DNA of 48,454 nt from an uncultured Myxococcales bacterium (GTDB lineage: Bacteria; Myxococcota_A; UBA9042; CAIXZC01): the NCBI GenBank assembly GCA_964565265.1, contig CAZMEC010000002.1, positions 1-48,454 on the forward strand, in the 5' to 3' direction. Both the position numbers and the translations under genes were made by a program. Under the pieces are notes generated by a model. The model saw only the letters and a list, made by a program, of their open reading frames with translations, was not told the origin of the DNA and searched no databases. Of this stretch, positions 44,506 through 48,454 are shown piece after piece (within the stretch, counting starts at the first letter, position 1; the number at the start of each line of letters is the position of its first letter).

Positions 44506-46070
44506 ACCCCTCCCGGCTGCTCAAGCGCACCTGGCCTGTGTTCTTCCAGGTCTTTGGCAGCCTCACGGAGGTCCAGAAGCGGACCCTTCAGCCCCTGCTG
44601 GCGGGCCGCAACACCGTGGTCTCGGCCCCCGCTGCCAGTGGAAAGACGGAGGCCGTCTTTGCCCCCATGATCGAGCGCATGCTGCACTTCGGGGTCTTCG
44701 ACCAGCCGGGCTACGGCTTGCTTTATGTGGCCCCCACCCGGGCCCTGGTCAACGACATCTACGAGCGCCTCCGGGACAAGCTGCCGCGCCTGGGGATTGC
44801 GCTGGCCAGACGCACGGGCGACAAGAAGGACCGCCAGGGCAGCGAACCCTCGGGGGTGCTGCTGACAACCCCGGAATCTCTGGACGCCCTGCTATCCAGG
44901 AAGGGCGATGTGTGGGGGCCCCGCCTGGGGGTCATCCTGGACGAGCTTCACATGGTGGACGGCAGCCTCCGGGGAGACCAACTCCGGGTCCTGCTGCGGC
45001 GCCTGGCCCATTCCCCTGGCGCCCCGGCCCTGCGCTTCGCGGCCATGTCCGCCACCTTCAGCGATCCGGCGGCGGTGGCCGAGCGCTACTTCCCCGTGGA
45101 GTCCGTGGTCATCCAGGAGAGCCAGCGGGCCATGCGCGTCCACCGGATCAAGGAACTGCTGGACCTGCCCGACCTCATGGGCAACTTCGGCTGGAAGAAA
45201 CTGCTGGTCTTTGCCAATACCCGGGCAGCCACCGAACAAACGGCCCGGGACCTGCACCAGGTCTGGCCCGGGCAACGGGTCTGCGTCCACCACGGCAGCA
45301 TTGACCGGGCCGAGCGCCTGGAAGCTGAGGCGGCCCTGCGGGAATGGAAGAGTGGCATCTGCGTGGCCACCTCCACCCTGGAGGTTGGCATTGACATCGG
45401 CGATGTGGATGCGGTGCTGCTGGTGGACCTGCCCACCACGGTGGCGGCCTTCTCCCAGCGGGTGGCCCGGGGCAGCCGCAGGCGGGGCACCGTGGAGGTG
45501 GTGGTGCGCATCGCCAATGAGGGCGACGAGGCGGCCTTCCATCTGTTGATGGGCGCCCTGGAGAACCACCCCGATGCCAGCCTCGTCCCAGAGCCGGATC
45601 CAAGCGTGGCGGTCCAGCAGATCTTCTCGCTGTTCTACAGCCGCCGGGAGGGCATGACCCTGGCCGAGGTCACGGATCTGCTGCTGCCCATTGCCTCGCC
45701 CCACCGGGTGGAGCTGATCCTCCTGCACCTGACCACGCTTGGGCTGGTCAAGCACAGCCGGGGCCGCTTCATCCCCTCCACGGAAATGCTGGACCTGGGC
45801 GAACGGGGCCTCATCCACTCCAACATCCCCGACACCCGGGAGCGCCAGGTCGTGGACGCCGACTCGGGCCATCCCCTGGCCAGCCTCTCCTTGAACGCCA
45901 ACGCTGGGGAGACGGTCTTCCTGGCGGGGCGACACTGGACCGTGGTGGAGGCCACCAACAGCCGGATCATCGTGCGCTCCTCAGGGGAACGGGCGGAGGG
46001 CGACATCCGGTTCCGCAAGCGCGCCACCCGCAGCCCCTTCGCCCGCTACCTGCCCCCAGAGCTGGCTTAA
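44499..46070 (+). CDS. SF2 DExH helicase, Lhr/BrxHI-like, 523 aa
   Basis: The ATG overlaps the upstream stop by 7 nt. Motifs seen: motif I SAPAASGKT, motif II ILDELH, motif III MSATFS, motif V VATSTLEVGIDIGDVD and motif VI QRVARGSRR. The C-terminal segment is of Lhr DEAD_assoc type (IHSNIPDTRE...GETVFLAGRHWTVVEATNSRIIV). Confidence 0.85.
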   Translation: MVNPSRLLKRTWPVFFQVFGSLTEVQKRTLQPLLAGRNTVVSAPAASGKTEAVFAPMIERMLHFGVFDQPGYGLLYVAPTRALVNDIYERLRDKLPRLGIALARRTGDKKDRQGSEPSGVLLTTPESLDALLSRKGDVWGPRLGVILDELHMVDGSLRGDQLRVLLRRLAHSPGAPALRFAAMSATFSDPAAVAERYFPVESVVIQESQRAMRVHRIKELLDLPDLMGNFGWKKLLVFANTRAATEQTARDLHQVWPGQRVCVHHGSIDRAERLEAEAALREWKSGICVATSTLEVGIDIGDVDAVLLVDLPTTVAAFSQRVARGSRRRGTVEVVVRIANEGDEAAFHLLMGALENHPDASLVPEPDPSVAVQQIFSLFYSRREGMTLAEVTDLLLPIASPHRVELILLHLTTLGLVKHSRGRFIPSTEMLDLGERGLIHSNIPDTRERQVVDADSGHPLASLSLNANAGETVFLAGRHWTVVEATNSRIIVRSSGERAEGDIRFRKRATRSPFARYLPPELA

Positions 46071-46365
46071 GCGAGGCTAGGGCTGATGGACCCCGGCTCC
46101 CTGCCGCGCACGAAGTAAGCGGGAAGGCTACCCCTTCCCAGCCGCGCACGAAGTAAGCGGAAAGGCCGTCCAAGGTCTTCCCAGGGCCTTCGCCGGGGCA
46201 GGGCCCTGGAGAGCCGGCGGCCCGGGGGGATTGTTCCCCCCAGACCGCCTACCCGCTTCGGGCCGCGCACGCCCCCCTTGAAGAGGAAGGCGGCCCGAAG
46301 AGGGTGCCTCCAGGGCTCCTGCCCCTGCTGCGGCCTCCCACGCTTGTCCCTTCCCAGCCGCGCAC
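45812..46365. repeat. copy A of a 554-bp direct duplication (helicase 3' end plus downstream spacer)
   Basis: It aligns base for base with 46465-47018 at a constant offset of 653. I found two mismatches by eye (45830 C vs 46483 G; 45869 C vs 46522 G). Confidence 0.9.
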
Positions 46366-46377
46366 GAAGTAAGCGCC

Positions 46378-46455
46378 AGTGACCGGAACCGGTACCAACT
46401 GAGCCCTCCCTCAAGGAGCGGGCGGCGAAAACAAAAAGTGACCGGAACCGGTACC
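46378..46455. repeat. pair of perfect 19-nt direct repeats inside the 99-nt junction between the duplication copies
   Basis: AGTGACCGGAACCGGTACC occurs at 46378-46396 and 46437-46455. Each contains the small inverted repeat ACCGG-AA-CCGGT. Confidence 0.85.
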
Positions 46456-46464
46456 CACACGCCC

Positions 46465-46723
46465 CATCCACTCCAACATCCCGGACACCCGGGAGCGCCA
46501 GGTCGTGGACGCCGACTCGGGGCATCCCCTGGCCAGCCTCTCCTTGAACGCCAACGCTGGGGAGACGGTCTTCCTGGCGGGGCGACACTGGACCGTGGTG
46601 GAGGCCACCAACAGCCGGATCATCGTGCGCTCCTCAGGGGAACGGGCGGAGGGCGACATCCGGTTCCGCAAGCGCGCCACCCGCAGCCCCTTCGCCCGCT
46701 ACCTGCCCCCAGAGCTGGCTTAA
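46465..46723 (+). pseudogene. duplicated 3' fragment (last ~86 codons) of the Lhr-like helicase gene
   Basis: It has the same reading frame and an identical peptide to the helicase C-terminus. The frame is closed by a TGA at 46439-46441, so there is no helicase core upstream. The only internal start is a GTG at 46505 with no SD. Confidence 0.7.
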
Positions 46724-47018
46724 GCGAGGCTAGGGCTGATGGACCCCGGCTCCCTGCCGCGCACGAAGTAAGCGGGAAGGCTACCCCTTCCCAGCCGCGC
46801 ACGAAGTAAGCGGAAAGGCCGTCCAAGGTCTTCCCAGGGCCTTCGCCGGGGCAGGGCCCTGGAGAGCCGGCGGCCCGGGGGGATTGTTCCCCCCAGACCG
46901 CCTACCCGCTTCGGGCCGCGCACGCCCCCCTTGAAGAGGAAGGCGGCCCGAAGAGGGTGCCTCCAGGGCTCCTGCCCCTGCTGCGGCCTCCCACGCTTGT
47001 CCCTTCCCAGCCGCGCAC
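46465..47018. repeat. copy B of the 554-bp direct duplication
   Basis: See copy A. Copy B ends at ...CCCAGCCGCGCAC, followed by a C-rich CCCCAACACC-type tract. Confidence 0.9.
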
Positions 47019-47067
47019 CCCAACACCTCCACACCCCAACACCCCAGTCCCCGCATCCGCACAGCCT

Positions 47068-47097
47068 TTGACAAACTGCCCCCTTGCCGTCTATCGT
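47068..47097 (+). promoter_or_regulatory. possible sigma70-type promoter for the SOD gene
   Basis: A perfect -35 TTGACA, an 18-nt spacer, and TATCGT as -10. It lies about 40 nt upstream of the ATG at 47135. Confidence 0.45.
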
Positions 47098-47134
47098 AGC
47101 GGCTGCCATTTTTGTCGTCATGCCGGAGGAACCC

Positions 47135-47845
47135 ATGTCTGCATTCTTGCCTGCCCTGCTGTTGGCTTTGTCCCTTGCTGCCGCGCCCGATCAAGGCCTC
47201 AAATGCCTCTCCTTCACGGATCTGCCCTACCCCGCTGATGGGCTGCAGCCGGTGATGGACTCCCAGACCATCTATCTGCACCACGGCGCCCACCACCTGG
47301 GCTATGCCAAGAAGGCCGACGAGGTCCTCGCCAAGCATGCGCCCGCCCTCTGCGGCAAGGACCTGGAGACGACCCTGCGGGGGCTTGCCACCGTGCCCTC
47401 TGAACACCGGGCCTTCGTAAAGAAGAACCTGGGGCAGCACTACAACCACGACCTCTTCTTCAGCCAGTTGGCCCCCGTGGGCAAGGCCGTGGCCGAGCCC
47501 GAGGGCCCGCTGGCCGTGGCCATCAAGGGCGAGTTCGGCACCCTGGATGCCCTGAAGAAGCGCCTGGAAGAGACGGGCGCGGCGGTCTTCGGGTCGGGCT
47601 GGGCCTGGCTGTACCTGGGCCGCGACGGCAAGCTTGCGGTGGTGGGCCTTCCCAACGAACAAAGCCCAATCACCGAGGGCCTGGGCACCCCCATCCTGAC
47701 CCTGGATGTCTGGGAGCACGCCTATTACCTTCAATACCGCAACAAGCGCGCTGACTTCCTTGCCGCCATCTGGCAGATCGTGGACTGGAAGGTGGTCTCC
47801 GATCGGTACCGCAAGGCCATGATGAAGAACGGAGCCAAGAAATGA
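47135..47845 (+). CDS. Fe/Mn-family superoxide dismutase with N-terminal signal peptide
   Basis: The ATG at 47135 is preceded by GGAGGA. The N-terminus is MSAFLPALLLALSLAAAP, then LPYPADGLQPVMDSQTIYLHHGAHH...DVWEHAYYLQYRNKRADF. Confidence 0.9.
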   Translation: MSAFLPALLLALSLAAAPDQGLKCLSFTDLPYPADGLQPVMDSQTIYLHHGAHHLGYAKKADEVLAKHAPALCGKDLETTLRGLATVPSEHRAFVKKNLGQHYNHDLFFSQLAPVGKAVAEPEGPLAVAIKGEFGTLDALKKRLEETGAAVFGSGWAWLYLGRDGKLAVVGLPNEQSPITEGLGTPILTLDVWEHAYYLQYRNKRADFLAAIWQIVDWKVVSDRYRKAMMKNGAKK

Positions 47846-48454
47846 AACTTCAAGGTCTGACAGCAGGTTTCCTGGTCCTGGGCCTGGCCCTGGCCGGTTG
47901 CGACTCCAAGGAAGCCGCCGCCCCCTACGGGATGGCTGACAAGGCCGCCCCGGCCCAGGCGGGCCAAGCCCCAGAGGCCCCAGCCGTCGCCAAGGCCAGC
48001 CCCGGCGAGGCCGCCCTTGAGGTCCTGCTCTCCCGGCGCTCCATCCGCAAGTTCCAGCAGAAGGCCGTCCCCGACGCCATGGTGCAGAAGATCCTGGAGG
48101 CCGCCATGGAGGCCCCCTCCGCTGGGAACCAGCAGCCCTGGCGCTTCATCGTCATCCGGGACCGCGCCATGCTGAATGACATCCCCAGCGTCCACCCCTA
48201 CGCGGGCATGCTCAAGGAAGCAGATCTGGCCATCCTGGTGGTGGCCGATGTGAGCGCCGAGAAGTACCCCGGGTACTTCCCCCAGGACTGCTCGGCAGCC
48301 ACTCAGAACATCCTGCTGGCCGCCCACGCCCAGGGTCTGGGCAGCGTCTGGCTGGGCGTCTTCCCCGACGAAGAGCGCGTCCGGGCCGTGGGCCAGAAGC
48401 TGGGCGTCCCCGGCAACCTCATGCCCTTCTCCCTGGTGGCCATCGGCTGGCCCG
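47842..48454 (+). CDS. nitroreductase-family protein with lipoprotein signal (3' end truncated by the window)
   Basis: My own translation; this open-ended frame is not in the supplied ORF track. The ATG overlaps the SOD stop (ATGA). Lipobox MKLQGLTAGFLVLGLALAGC is followed by an Ala/Pro-rich linker. Then comes RRSIRKFQQKAVPDAMVQKILEAAMEAPSAGNQQPWRFIVI...QNILLAAHAQGLGSVWLG. Confidence 0.8.
   Translation, partial: MKLQGLTAGFLVLGLALAGCDSKEAAAPYGMADKAAPAQAGQAPEAPAVAKASPGEAALEVLLSRRSIRKFQQKAVPDAMVQKILEAAMEAPSAGNQQPWRFIVIRDRAMLNDIPSVHPYAGMLKEADLAILVVADVSAEKYPGYFPQDCSAATQNILLAAHAQGLGSVWLGVFPDEERVRAVGQKLGVPGNLMPFSLVAIGWP

Noticed and set aside
40981-45935. Minus-strand ORFs 40981-41955, 41384-43024, 42982-44436 and 44892-45935 opposite the ATPase-helicase operon
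   Set aside because: No motifs and Gly/Ala/Arg/Pro-rich. The plus-strand genes have Walker and helicase motifs and coupled SD-supported starts.
41029-46070. Calling the operon a canonical BREX (type 2) or a canonical Shango locus
   Set aside because: No PglX methyltransferase, PglZ, PglW kinase, BrxA/B/C/L or recognisable TerB protein is present within the window. Only the BrxD-like and BrxHI-like parts are seen, so it is reported as a related but distinct candidate pending HMM searches.
46103-46375. Mini CRISPR array or type III (ToxI-like) antitoxin repeat array formed by the 19-28-nt GCCGCGCACGAAGTAAGCG repeats
   Set aside because: There are only three copies with irregular spacing (38 nt, then 216 nt). 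No cas genes or adjacent toxin-like ORF are present, and the repeats are partly embedded in hairpins typical of REP-like DNA.
46438-46809. ORFs 46438-46809 (123 aa) and 46505-46723 (72 aa) as genuine small genes
   Set aside because: The first is an out-of-frame reading of the duplicated helicase tail. The second is the in-frame tail fragment starting at an internal GTG without an SD. It is treated as a pseudogene fragment.
45812-47018. Diversity-generating retroelement (TR/VR pair) or attL/attR of an integrated element at the helicase 3' end
   Set aside because: There is no reverse transcriptase or integrase in the window. The two differences are C-to-G and synonymous rather than adenine-specific and diversifying. 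Only 99 nt separate the copies, so no cargo lies between them.
46067-47734. Minus-strand ORFs over the duplicated spacer and antisense to sod (46067-46588, 46720-47136, 46781-47734, and others)
   Set aside because: They are duplicated artefacts of the repeat or shadow frames of the SOD gene, with low-complexity composition.

Overview
GC-rich bacterial chromosomal window (GC judged by eye, not computed). It is probably from a Myxococcota-like lineage, inferred from a MYXO-CTERM-type sorting tail, many Cys-rich repeat proteins and at least eight lipobox proteins. Gene density is high and many neighbours overlap by a few nt.

Layout:
- 341-2440 (+): TPR protein.
- 15692 down to 2479 (-): long envelope/secretome gene string. 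It holds Tat-signal TldD, PmbA, a lipoprotein, an IPT/TIG giant, a 63-aa ORF in an AT-richer islet, and a CTDC-repeat/LamG giant.
- 15926-25247 (+): two tandem paralogous two-gene cassettes. Each is a Cys-rich lipoprotein followed by a 1188-aa protein that is tail-fibre-like, Gly-rich and ends in two PPC-like domains.
- 25372-25621: tandem 115-nt structured repeat in a convergent intergenic gap.
- 29952 down to 25630 (-): FadL-like barrel, lipoprotein, murI.
- 30121-34170 (+): 1349-aa repeat protein with a MYXO-CTERM-type tail.
- 34218-41093: housekeeping genes (flavin reductase-like, ribD, nrdR, rpiB, DegT-type aminotransferase, epimerase, hutI).
- 41029-46070 (+): a translationally coupled four-gene operon. 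It encodes an unknown protein, two divergent DUF2791/BrxD-like P-loop ATPases and an Lhr/BrxHI-like DExH helicase.
- 45812-47018: a 554-bp direct duplication of the helicase 3' end plus a motif-rich structured spacer.
- 47135 to the window end (+): a signal-peptide Fe/Mn SOD and a lipoprotein nitroreductase.

The best candidate for an undescribed system is the stand-alone ATPase-ATPase-helicase operon, which is BREX type 2 accessory-like or Shango-like but lacks their other core genes in this window. The unstable repeat DNA at its 3' end adds to the interest. The twin surface-protein cassettes come second.

No rRNA, tRNA, CRISPR array, transposase or integrase was recognised. All family assignments were made by eye from motifs and need HMM or structure confirmation.
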